Position numbers and translations under genes: made by a program. The notes under the pieces are model-generated. The model had not been told where the DNA came from. It ran no database searches and saw nothing but the letters and a program-made list of their open reading frames with translations. A stretch of DNA of 63,469 bases from Monosiga brevicollis MX1. Taxonomy: Eukaryota. How positions within the stretch are numbered: the first letter of the stretch is position 1; every line of letters begins with the position of its first letter. The stretch spans positions 20,684 to 84,152 of the forward strand of contig NW_001865089.1 in the NCBI RefSeq assembly GCF_000002865.3, in the 5' to 3' direction. Below are positions 52,301-63,469 of the stretch, one piece after another.

Positions 52301-55300
52301 CTTGCCGTCACGCTCAACTACAACAAGGCGCTTCGACGCATTGATCTGGATGACAATGGCATCTCGCACATTGGGTTTATGGAGTTGGCCAATGCGCTGG
52401 AGAACAATGTCGTAATGCAGGATTTGCCCATGCCGCTCCTGGATATCACGGCCAGCATGAGCCGCAATCAAGCCGAGACCGTCGCTGCTGTACATCGAAT
52501 TCAGCTGGCTCTGGCCCGTAACCATTCCCCTGCCCGCCAAATGATTGGACAGGTTACGGTCGATCCAGAAGAGGCAGGTGCACAGGACGAGCGTTGGTTG
52601 CACTCCTTGGTCGAAGCCCTGCAATCCACGGCCTCATTTGCACCAGAGGACCGCATTGCCGGGGACGAGGCGCTTTTGCGGGCCCAGAAAGCGGTCCAAG
52701 CCACGCGTGCCGGCGTTGAGCGGCAGGCCTCTCTTCTCAAAGCTCAAGAGGCTCTGGTTGCAGAGCAGGCATCCTCGCTGGCTCGTGGCTTGGAGTCAGT
52801 GCTCGTACAAGCCCTCGAGAAGAACACGGGTGAGATTGTGGCGCTTCTCGCGGCAGAGAGTGGGACTGATCCTGCAGTGCTGCGCCAAGCTGCACACTAC
52901 CAGCATGCCGACATCTGTCGTCGCCTTGTGACCGAGGTCATCGAGGAGGGCGTGCGCCCAACCCTCACTGCCGCACTAGGCCAGCAGCTTGAAACCTTCA
53001 CGCAAAAGGCCATTTTGGAGATCCTGGGTGCGGCCGGTCAAGAAGTGAGCCGCGTGTTGGACGCCCGCAAGACTGGCACTGCCTTGGCCGCCCGTGCAGC
53101 GCACACCAAAGCCTCTCCCGCTAAAGAGGCCCCACCGCCAAGCGCAGCCAAGCCTACAGAGGCCAAGGCTTCGCCTACACCGGCTCGCCGGGCGCGTGCA
53201 GCTGACGCGGCTCTGAAAGCCAAGCAGCGTGTCTCCACGCTTCAGGACTCGCAGACATCCGAAACACCGGAAGTATCGCGCAGTGCCGTGCTTGTGAGCA
53301 CGAGCGCCGACCCCGACGACGTTGAAGAAGGTGGCATTGATATCGACGCTGGCCCTGCCGCCGCGGGGGCAGCAAATGCAGGCCCAAGCTTGACACACCA
53401 CACCAAGGGCCGACCCAAAGTGCAGGTGCGCCCGTTGCCGCTTGTCTCAGGATCTTGTTATTATCGTGTGTCGTGCCATTCTTCTGTCTTCTGAAGGTGA
53501 CATCTGAAGGTGACATCTGGTCTTCTTGCCTGGGCCTTCAAGAACAGCCATGTTATCGGGCTCTGGCTGCACTCACTGTACAATTTGCTCTTTCCAACTG
53601 TGGCCAATTTGTGCAGGGAAAGCGGCCACCAACGCGCAAGCCACGGTCCAATGCATCATCACGCCATGCCAGTACCACGCCCTCATTGAGTGCTTCAATT
53701 TTTGGTGAGCTTGAGGAGAGCACTGAAGTTGATACAGCCGGCCCGACATCACAGCCAGTCGTAGCAAGGGCACCGCCGCCAAGTCGGGCAGCCCCGCAGC
53801 TGGCAATGAAACCACCTTCTTCAACACCGGGTGTAGCTGCTACGTCACCCACCCCTGCCCCACGTGCCGCCCCACGTGTGCAGAAGGAAGACGAGGTCGA
53901 GGCATCCAGTCCGGCCGAGCCCAAAGAATCGAATGGAGGCAGCGACGCTGGTGAAACCTCGAGCCCCAGTAAAGACGTCAAGGACGTCAAGGGGGGCAAG
54001 CGCCTGCTAGGTGGCCTGTTTCGCCGACGCAGCAAGGATCTTTTGGCTGGATCAGAAGAAGTTGCTGTTGATGACGCAGAAGAGGACCAATCAGAGCCTC
54101 CCAAGGAGTCAGCGGTCGATACGCCAGAAGCTGACGCTTCGGCCCCCGCGGAGAGGGCGGAGGACAAAATGACCAAGGAAGACGGCGAGCGCGAGGCAAT
54201 TGTTCCCAAACCACGCCCCCGCCCACCCCCGCCATCTGGTGCGCCACCACCTCAAGCTACGCCAGAGGCGGCACCCAAGGCCGAGCGAACCAAGCCTGTT
54301 GGCGGTGTGGCCATGGGCTTTGTTCCTACCAAAGGTGAGTTTGTGCATTGGTGTATGTGATTGTGTTCGTGCCGCTGCAGAGGTTGCTTGTGCTCATCTG
54401 ACTGGTGCATAGATATGCTTTCAAGAGTGCGGTCGGCAAGCGTGAAACGGCGTTCTGCTACAAGTTCCGAGGAAGCTGATGCGAATCAGGGCGCGGCGCA
54501 ACAAGAGCCAACTTCTGAGCCGGTCAAGGTCTTGAATGTGGCTGGGCTACCCCAAGGCGAGTCAACGGTTGACGAAGTAGCACCGGTACCGGTTGCCAAG
54601 CCCCGGCCAGAAGCACCAGCAAGTGAAGTCGCCAAGCCGAAGACAGAACCTGTTGATGCCGAAGCACCAACAGCCGACTCTTCAGCAGCAGCCAAGCCGC
54701 CCGTGGTAGAGCCGCCGGCAGCCAAGCCGCCCGTGGTAGAGCCACCAGCAGCCAAGCCGCCCGTGGTAGAGCCGCCGGCAGCCAAGCCGCCCGTGGTAGA
54801 GCCACCAGCAGCCAAGCCGCCCGTGGTAGAGCCACCAGCAGCCAAGCCGCCCCTGGTGGAGCCACCAGCAGCCAAGCCGCCCGTGGTGGAGCCGCCAGCA
54901 GCCAAGCCGCCCGTGGTAGAGCCACCAGCAGCCAAGCCGCCCGTGGTAGAGCCACCAGCAGCCAAGCCGCCCCTGGTGGAGCCACCAGCAGCCAAGCCGC
55001 CCGTGGTGGAGCCACCAGCAGCCAAGCCGCCCGTGGTAGAGCCACCAGCAGCCAAGCCGCCCGTGGTCGAGCCCACGGCTACCCAGGGGGCCGAACTCGA
55101 GGCGATCCCTGCCCCAGCGAAAAATATGGATGATACTTTGTCTGAAGAGACGTCTGACAATGGAGTGACGGCAGAAGACGCAGCGCTGGCTGAGGACGAA
55201 GAACCTGCAGCGGCGGATGTGGAGGATGAGGAAAATGAAGACGATGAAAACGGTGAAGACGGTGAAGATGACGATGCTTGGGGTGAAGAGGAGCTGGCAC

Positions 55301-55575
55301 TGGACGCCCCGGTACCCGAACCCGCGCCGCGTGGAGCTCAAGCAGCCGTTGCTGCCATGGAAGGGGATGCTCAAGCCGACGAATCCGCCGCTGCGCCACC
55401 TCCGCCTCGACGTTCGTCGAGCCTTAGTCAGGCCAGCGTTCCTCGTGCAAAGCCACGACCATCTGGCCCCGGGGTCGCACCCAAGGCCAAGCCTAAACCT
55501 CAGCCCCCAGCCCCTAAAGCCAAGGTCGCGCCGCCCGCACCAACGCCCAAGCCCAAGCCCAAGCCCACTCCATAG
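49365..55575 (+). CDS. CARMIL/LRRC16 family (PH, LRR, helical dimerisation, CPI motif, Pro-rich tail), multi-exon
   Basis: N-terminal PH-like segment, RI-type LRRs (IEHLDIRGNHVGDAGA, LRRIDLDDN), spliced CPI LTHHTKGRPKVQ/GKRPP, Pro-rich C-terminus. Confidence 0.85.
54691..55080 (+). repeat. Coding 30-bp minisatellite, 13 copies (AKPPVVEPPA)
   Basis: Unit GCCAAGCCGCCCGTGGTAGAGCCACCAGCA; Leu variants in units 6 and 10. Confidence 0.95.
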
Positions 55576-55930
55576 TCATGCGTGTCCGCCTAGTCTTCAA
55601 CTGGATGTGTGAGGCGCTGTGCCACCTTGTCTGCTTTGCGAGTCATGTGCCCGCTTGAGGGGTGTATGCCGATTGGCTGTTTGTGCAAATTTCCATGTTA
55701 ATTTGATTTTTAGAAGCAATGTTTATGTCTCCTATCAGGCTTCTGAACAAGCAGAGTCAAAGAATATCCAAAAGGTAACAAAGGGTGGAAAATAGTCCAC
55801 ACACACAGAGAGACAAGCGCGCAGACGAGGCGCAAGAGCTTTTGCAGGGAGGGGTTCTATTAGGCTGCATCTATACATACGAAGGGCAGGCTCTAGGGCA
55901 TGCTCGCTTATATTTACGATTCACTGTCTT

Positions 55931-57364
55931 CTAGGGTGCCCGAGAGGCCCGAGTCTGTGGGCTGAGCGAGGAGAGATAGCGGTGCGCCTGGAAAAGTGGC
56001 AGACATGAGTCATGGCAACGTATTCATTTGGGAGGGGGAACTCTCGGAGCGGGGTGATACAAGACTCAAAGCCTCACCAGAGTACGGAATAGTATTTTGG
56101 GGTGGGGTGACCATGACCATGTTGGGTGCCGGCGAAGTAACAGGAAGCGAGGAAAATTGCATGTTGGCGAAACCGGCCATGGCATAGGGTTCTAAATTCA
56201 GCCGTTGCGCGCAATTGGAATTGACAGGGTGAGGTGAGAGACCTGAGGGAGCACGCGTGGCATGCACAGTGAAGGTGGCGCAGCGCACCAGGGGTCTGTC
56301 CTGTCATGGAATAATGCTGGCGCGAGTTGAGGATAGCAGATGCGCTGGGCTCCAGGGGCGTGTCCAGACGCGAGTCTGCGGCGAGACAGTACAGAAACCG
56401 TGGGTGAGAAGCGACGTTGGGCAATATGACAATGTTGGTGTTTGAGAGCGTGCGTGGTTGGTGTGCAGAGGGAACAGACCGTGTGCAGGAATGTGACTCG
56501 AGTCGAGATCTGGGCTTGCGCTATCTAGGCGCGCATGTCGACCGGCAAAGCCAGCCGCATCATCGATATCGTCGTCACTTCGAGTTTCGTTGAGGGAATC
56601 ATCAGCGCTCATGGCTTCGGACGCGGGGGTAGCAAGTCGGCTGAGCTCGAGGTCAGACACCTGGCGCAAGGTGGAACGGCGCGGGCGGGACCCGTCATCG
56701 TCCTCCTCATATGCCGACTGAAGATTGTTGACCAAGTCTTCAAAGGTGGTTATGGCATGTTCGACGCGGTTATTCTCAATTGGATCCACCTAAAGGCAAA
56801 CGAAAAGTCCAAGGACCGCATGAATGGGGCGTGTCAGGCAAATCATCCTTCATCACGCCCAGAGAGGGCGACAAGATCGCGCGCGATTTGGAACGGCGTG
56901 GACTGGAAGGGGGGGCGGCAGAAAAGGAGAGAGGGAGAGAGAGGGGGCGGGGACGTACCAGGTCAAGATCCAGCATTTGAGGCTGTAGGGTGTAGCTGGG
57001 GCGGCGGCTGACGTCGTTTTTGGGAGGGTTGGCGATGATCTTGTTGGTGCTGCGCATGAGTCGACGATGCATGATAAAAAGGGCAACGTTGGCCATAAAG
57101 AGGATACTACAGGTGACGGCAAGGCCAACAGCAGCTGCCTTCCAGGCTTCCAACCCACTCGTGTCACATTGTTCTGCGGATACAGTCATGGACAGTGAGG
57201 TGTAACCTCGCCGGCGACAGAGGCGCCAAACACGGGGTGAGAACGAGCAGGTGCGTACCAACAACAACTTGCGCATCCTCGCCAAGGCCATGGGTGGAGG
57301 CGATCAAGGCAGCGAAAGCAACCGAGATGGGCAAAGCGGAGGAAGGGATGGTCAGCAGAGACAT
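55931..57364 (-). CDS. Hypothetical single-pass membrane protein, multi-exon; 3' end uncertain
   Basis: Hydrophobic N-terminus (ALPISVAFAALIA), TM AAAVGLAVTCSILFMANVALFIM followed by HRR, acidic Ser/Pro tail. Confidence 0.45.
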
Positions 57365-58242
57365 GTTGGTCGACGCAGATGGCCCGATGGGCAATGATCC
57401 GAGCAGGTCGCGCGGGCAAGGGGACCGTCAGAACGGGCTGTGGGGAAAGGCAAAGTACAATCTGCGGATCTAAATTCTCGGGAGCACTCGGAGAAAGAGA
57501 TCCAGGAGAGGAGTTCCAGCCCTGAGGCGGTGGCGTGCGTGGGTCAGCAGGGGAACTGCGAGTTCGGAGGGGGTCGCTTGTGCTGACGACCTCGGGCCTT
57601 GTTTGCTACAACAAAGGCCCCAGCGTTGTCCTGACTGTGTCTCTCTGGCCGAGGGGACACCATGGGAATCAAGGCCTGGCGGACACAGCACCGCAGGAAG
57701 GGGCACAGCATTGAGGCGTTGGGGTACAACGATGCGTGGCATGCGGCGGACCGCTCCCCACTCTTCACATTTGCAAGCATGCAAGTAAATCATCAACAGT
57801 AGTATACAACAGCTGTTTTGAGCGTAATTACATCGTGACCTAGAATGGCACGAAATGGGATGAACGTGCTGACATGACGCCGGACCACACACGCATGACG
57901 CGTTTAGCACACATGGCGTTTCTTGGACAATGATAATACAACGTAAAAGCACCACACGTGAAGGATGTATCGTTTATACGTATGTCATCGGACGTATTTG
58001 TTCTGTCCCTCATCCAAGGGTCACAACCCATAACAACGGTTACTACGAAACAATCTGCACAAACTTACAATCGAAAGATTAGGCCGCCTGCAGAAACTCT
58101 TCGAACAGCTGCGATAACTTTGGGGGCGTTGATCCACGTCGAAAAAGAAGTGTGTGTTACGTTTTGATCGATCGGCTGAAGGGCAGCGCGATCGCCACCG
58201 CCGCCAGCGGGATAAGCAAGTACACCTGTGGTCTTCTGCTTG

Positions 58243-58244
<2 letters not shown>

Positions 58245-58321
<77 letters not shown>

Positions 58322-58350
58322 CACACACACACACACGCACGCGCGCGCGC
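58245..58350. repeat. (CA)n/(CG)n microsatellite
   Basis: Direct observation upstream of the pLGIC ORF. Confidence 0.95.
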
Positions 58351-58422
58351 ACACTCGCACAAACTCGCACACGCCAACGTGTACTCTAACACGCGTGAAC
58401 TACACGTTGATGCGAAGACCTG

Positions 58423-59754
58423 ATGCAGGAGAACTTGATCATCTTGCCGGCCATCATGACGAAACAGAGCTCGTCGGACCTGGAGCATGCCGGGGCCAGC
58501 TTTACGAGCGTATTTCTGGGGCGTATGCACCCGCCGCTGCCGGAAGCAGATTTGGCCAAATACCGTGATCTGGTCTTGAAACACGAGATCCAGGTTGGGG
58601 ACCTGGCTGTCTTGGGTGTGGACGGTCTGCAGCAGTTGGGCATTAGCAATTTGGTGCATGCCGCACGCATCGCGGCAGCGGCACAGGGGGATGTGCGGTC
58701 GGATCCTCCCAAGGTGGACGGCAAGCCGGTCGAGGTGCAGGCCAAGGTTGGCATCATCTCTTTTGGCCGCGTGGACACGGTGAGCCAGTCTGCGTATGTG
58801 CGCTTCTTCTTTGACTTGCACTGGATTGACCCGTCCATGATTGGTGCGGATCCCGCCAACGTGCCGCCCTACCTCTGGCGGCCAGATGCGTACGTGTTCA
58901 ACGCCACGGGCGACTATAACAAGACGGTGCATCCGGCCACGCTGTTGGACCCGGAACGGGGCCTGATGTTGCAGGCGCTGGAATTTGAAGCCACCTTTGA
59001 CAACCCCATGGATCTGCGCGATTTCCCCTTTGACTCGGATGCAGCGACCATCCACGTGATTGCCGTGGAGGAACAATCGGCCGAAGACTACGTCCTGCGA
59101 CCCTGGTCCGAAGGGGAGGCCAACGCCACCAAGCTCTTCTTCGACCCCGAGTTTGTGGCCGAGTGGACCATCCGCGGACACAGCATTGACGGCTACGAGC
59201 TCATGGGCGGCAACTCGATCCCCTACTCGCACATGCTCATTCACTTGCATTTGCAACGGCGCTCGTCCTTTTATCTCTGGAAGCTGGTCCTGCCGCTCTT
59301 TCTTTCCACTGTCTTCTGCTTCAGCAGCTTCTTCTTCGAGCCGGACAATCTGAGCGACCGCAATGCCACCTCGCTGACCATGTTTTTGGCCACGGCCGCC
59401 CTTCTCTTCGTCATTGGCAGCCTCCTGCCCAAGACAAGCTTCCTCACCCGCATCGACAAGTTTGTCATTGTGAGCCTGCTCGTGCAGTTTGTTGTTGCCG
59501 TTCTCTCCTGGGTCATCGCGGGCGGCTTTGGGGACATTGCCTCCCACCGGGTGGACAACATTGACCGCTACGGCCTGATCTTCCTCCCCACCTTTTACTT
59601 TATGGCCACCCTCTTTTACTTTGCCCCGCCCCTGGTGCAGCACCTCCTTCTCAGCCCGACTGACCGTCCCGAATACCCCATGACCCACTTTCACGACGAC
59701 AAGGTTGAACTTGGCTTTTACCCCTTTGTCATGTTTGAGAACATCTTCCTGTAA
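58423..59754 (+). CDS. Cys-less pentameric ligand-gated ion channel with N-terminal SAM-like domain; single ORF
   Basis: LHWIDP, LWRPD, MDLRDFPFD, EWTI, LQRRSSFYLWKLVLP (M1), SDRNATSLTMFLA (M2), LPKTSFLTRID (M2-M3), short M3-M4 loop. Confidence 0.92.
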   Translation: MQENLIILPAIMTKQSSSDLEHAGASFTSVFLGRMHPPLPEADLAKYRDLVLKHEIQVGDLAVLGVDGLQQLGISNLVHAARIAAAAQGDVRSDPPKVDGKPVEVQAKVGIISFGRVDTVSQSAYVRFFFDLHWIDPSMIGADPANVPPYLWRPDAYVFNATGDYNKTVHPATLLDPERGLMLQALEFEATFDNPMDLRDFPFDSDAATIHVIAVEEQSAEDYVLRPWSEGEANATKLFFDPEFVAEWTIRGHSIDGYELMGGNSIPYSHMLIHLHLQRRSSFYLWKLVLPLFLSTVFCFSSFFFEPDNLSDRNATSLTMFLATAALLFVIGSLLPKTSFLTRIDKFVIVSLLVQFVVAVLSWVIAGGFGDIASHRVDNIDRYGLIFLPTFYFMATLFYFAPPLVQHLLLSPTDRPEYPMTHFHDDKVELGFYPFVMFENIFL

Positions 59755-60196
59755 ATATATTTGCCCGTCTGAAGCTGCAGCCCCTCGCCTCAGTCAACGT
59801 TTGCTGCAGCGTTTTCGAGTGTCCCGAGCCCCCACCTCCCGCGGGAGAGCCCGCGTGTGTACATGAACGTCAACTCCCCCCCTACCCGGTTCAGCCTCAA
59901 AATTCAAAACTCGTCTCTCCTCAGCTTCCCGCTCCTATTCTAAAATAACACTCCATAAAATATAACAGCAAATGGCATTTCAAGTTGAAGAGGAACTTTT
60001 AACTTTATACACTTCATCTGTAACCGGCAGCGCGAGCCGTGACGAGCACTTCCGCTGGCTGGCTGGTGACGGTGGTGCTGGCTGTGGCGGTGTAGCGGTT
60101 GGCGGTGTAGCTGCTGCAGTTGGCGGTGCAGGAGTCTTGTCTGTGGGCGGGGTTGGCTTTGATACTCCCTGATTGTGGCCAAGTGGCACCTGCAAC

Positions 60197-60837
60197 ATGG
60201 GGGACGACGTCTTTCGGGTGTACCATGTCAATCGCTCTCAGGTGTGTGTGTGTGTGTGTGTGTGAATGATGGATGGCGAAGGAGAGCCTGCTCGTCGTCT
60301 CGCGGCAGCTCATTCGACTCGTTGACCCGGTGGCATTTGGCCTGCCTAGTGGAAGATCCCGGCTTACTTTACTGATCTACAGCCAGTGGGCAGTGGTGGC
60401 TACGGTGCCGTTTGGTACGTCATGTTCGGCCCTCACCTCCTGACCTCTTCGTCCCATCGTACCTCTTTGTCGGGGGTCATCTCAGTATCATTGTGCTCGT
60501 TTGGTGCCTTGACTGCGTGGCAGCTCGGCCTTTGACGTTCGCCGCAATGCTACTGTTGCCATCAAAAAACTCAATCGTGCCTATGAGGTTCCAATCCTCG
60601 CCCTGCCCGTGCCGAGCGCCTTTGCCCTGTTGCCCTCTCACGTCCCGTCTGCTTGTACACTCTCCCAGCTCCCCATTTTGACCAAGCGCGCCTATCGTGA
60701 GATCAAGGTTCTTCGCTTCATCAAGCATGAGAACGTGATTGGCCTTCTTGACATGTTTCTGAGCCAAGGTAAGCCCCCGCCTGCCTGCCATCTTCCTGCA
60801 CTCGCTCTGTCTCATGTCCGCCTCAATGTCGATTTTG

Positions 60838-60874
<37 letters not shown>

Positions 60875-62455
60875 GTTTTCTTTTCATCATCATCGTCCTA
60901 ACACACCTGCCTCTTTGTGCGCACCACAGTGGATGTCGACAGCCAACCCGACATTTATCTCGTCACCGAGTACCTGCCGGTCGACCTCTACTCTGTCATG
61001 CGTTCTCAGGGTGGGCCGTCGCCTTGGTCATCCTAACAACAACTCACCTGCACCTGTGCATCATCGTGGCTGTGACATTTTCCTCCCTCTACGTCATGCC
61101 TCATAGTCATCTCCATCGACCACATTCGTCTGTTCATGTATCAAGTGGTCCGCGCCTTGCTTGTACGTTCATACGCAGCCCTTGGTTCTGCCTCACCCGG
61201 TCTTACTTGGTCCCAACTGGATCCAACCTCACGCTGCTTCCACGTCTCGGCAGTACGTACACAGTGGTGGACTGATCCATCGAGATCTCAAGCCCAGGTA
61301 ACACTCACACACACCGGGGCCTGCCTGGGCCCTGCACCAGGCTACCACCCGGTCCTGCTGACCTCAACCCTTGTGGTCGTACGCCCATTGTTCTTCAGCA
61401 ATATCGTCGTTGATGCATCCTGCAATCTGAAGATTATTGACTTTGGCCTGGCCCGTCCAACTGCCCCTGGTGTCGACAAAACGGGGTACGCCCATGTCGT
61501 TTGAGGCGGAGGCGGCCTGTTTGTCGCCGGTCTTCCTACATCTCACCATTGCCTGTTGTGGCCTTGGGTTGTGCCACAGCTATGTCACCACACGCTACTT
61601 TCGCGCCCCAGAAGTGTTTACAAAACCGGGTCTCTACGACGCGGCGGTGAGTAGGTTTCTTCCGGACCCGACTTTGTCCCGCCAGCTCCATGCTCGCTCA
61701 TTGGGACTCGTTTGTGACGAGTTTGTTTAGATGGACATGTGGTCGGTGGGCTGTATCATGGCGGAGCTGATCATCGGCCGATCCCTCTTTGTGGGCTCAT
61801 CGCCCATCCATCAAGTTGACGCCATTTGCCAGATTGTGGGCAAGCCCAGCGACGAGTTTATTGCCACCGTCCCGTCTGAATATGTGAGTGACAGCCCCTT
61901 TAAGACCCTTTGTCACACGCCCTTGATGAAGCGCAAGTTTCGAATGGGCAAGAGCAACCCCACCCATCCGGCCTGCTGACGGGCAGCTGTGAAACGATTG
62001 CACAGGCACGCACATACTTGCAGTCCTTGGAGGATTATCCGCGCCAAAACTTTCAAGAGATGTTTGCTGGGGCTGATCCGGCGGCCATTGATCTCTTGGA
62101 TCGGCTGCTTCAGTTTGACGAGCGCCGCCGCCCCACGGCGCGTGACGCTTTGCGTCACCCTTTTTTTGCCGAGTATCACATTGAAGAGGATGAGGTGGGT
62201 CATTCTTCTCTGTTTTTCATCCTGATCACGCCGCCCGTGTATGGTGGTGGTGGTGCCAGTGTTGTTGTTCGAGTTGCGCTTTCTTGTACTTTTTAAGGGC
62301 GTGCGTGGATGATGTCTCATCGCACACCTGAGTTGTGCAGCCTGTGGTCAAGGATGGGCAGGTGTATGATGCGACATATGAGCGGCTCGACCTGGACGTG
62401 GCTGGCTGGAAAGGTAAGATGGTGTGCGGTGTTTTACACCAGGCCACGTGCTGCG

Positions 62456-62525
<70 letters not shown>

Positions 62526-63158
62526 ACAGATGCTTTTTGTTGTTGTTGTTTATTGCAAGAATTCCCCCCCCCCCCTTTTTTTTTCTTGACAGGGCATGAC
62601 CCTCTGTCTCCACCTGCCTACTCTGCATCCCTTAGAGTTGATTTTACAGGAAGCCGCCGCTTTTCAACAAGAAAAGGCGGCAGCGTTGCAAGCGGCCGAA
62701 AGCATACCCCAAGATCAGGCGGCCGCTTACTACGCATCCCAGTTGGCCGAGCAACAACAGCCACCACAAGATGGTGCTGCTGCACAGACCGGCACCTCGC
62801 CGTTTGAAGAGGACTGGCGGCCTTGGAGGGGATGGATCTGCAGCTCGATGACTTGCAACTGGCCGGCCTGGGCTTTCTGCCTCCGCCCAATACAGCAGAG
62901 CAATTTCCAGATGTTCCCCTGGCCCTGATGACACCATCCGCTCAGCAGACATTTGTCGCTTACCAACAGTCGCTTGTTCAGCAACAAGCAGCCCCGGCGG
63001 AGGCCGGCATGCTCGCTTCCATCGATGCCCAACTCGCCGAACTGCGTCAACAGGGCCAATCAAGCCTCGGCTTTTCTGCAGACGAGGAAGACGAATTTGT
63101 ACGCTCCCTCCTCGGCGAAATTGAAGCCGACGATGGCATCCACGACGAGCAATTTTAG
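60197..63158 (+). CDS. p38-type (TGY) MAP kinase with Gln-rich C-terminal extension, multi-exon; apparent frameshift near 62810
   Basis: VGSGGYGAVC, VAIKKL, KRAYREIKVLRFIKHENVIGLLD, IHRDLKP, DFGLAR, spliced T-G-Y then VTTRYFRAPE, DMWSVGCIMAEL. Confidence 0.9.
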
Positions 63159-63421
63159 ATCATCCTGCTCTCTCTCTCCCTCTCTCTGTCTCTATCGCTC
63201 AATCGAGACTCGCCTCAATTGATTCGAGCTCCCGAGCTCTCTCTCTCTCTCGCGCGCGCCAAAATCGTCTGAAATTTTGAAACAAAAAAAAGAACTGTGA
63301 TGACAGTTTGCATCTCTCTCTCTCTCCATTGATCTCTCTGATTTCTCTCTCTGTTGTCTCTCTCTTCATGTGTTTCTGTCGTCTCTTCTCTCTCTCTCTT
63401 TTCCTTTGTGTCTTTGCTCTT

Positions 63422-63469
<48 letters not shown>

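Noticed and set aside
54486..55374. Repetitive minus-strand ORFs (GGSTTGGLAA, HGRLGCWWL)
   Set aside because: Antisense frames of the CARMIL minisatellite.
58021..59694. 557-aa minus-strand ORF
   Set aside because: Antisense shadow of the GC3-rich pLGIC gene that runs into a microsatellite; no motifs.

Overview
Gene-dense eukaryotic DNA with short GT-AG introns and long CA/GT/GA microsatellites. The gene content and style suggest a unicellular holozoan, probably a choanoflagellate such as Monosiga (inference). Recognisable genes: an intronless coiled-coil + PD-(D/E)XK nuclease + kinase gene (Crinkler/RHS-effector-like), an intronless bacterial-type SulP/SLC26 transporter, an ankyrin protein, two identical tRNA-Gly(GCC) genes, CAF-1 p60, a RasGEF, a hotdog thioesterase, a PTB+EH endocytic adaptor, NPEPL1, CCT6, a CCDC34/181-like protein, SEC11, TRAPPC12, KLHDC4, rhophilin, CARMIL, an orphan membrane protein, an intronless Cys-less pentameric ligand-gated channel with an N-terminal SAM-like domain, and a TGY (p38-type) MAPK. 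The most notable non-ORF signal is in the two CCT6 introns: what look like repeats are six box C/D snoRNAs (4 U25/snR56-like, 2 U43/snR70-like) in polycistronic intronic clusters. Other highlights: the SAM-pLGIC fusion, the nuclease-kinase gene followed by a diverged ~190-bp array, and tRNA-Gly genes with an atypical A2:U71 pair. Multi-exon CDS coordinates are gene spans read by eye; several ends are approximate. All family calls come from recalled motifs, not database searches.
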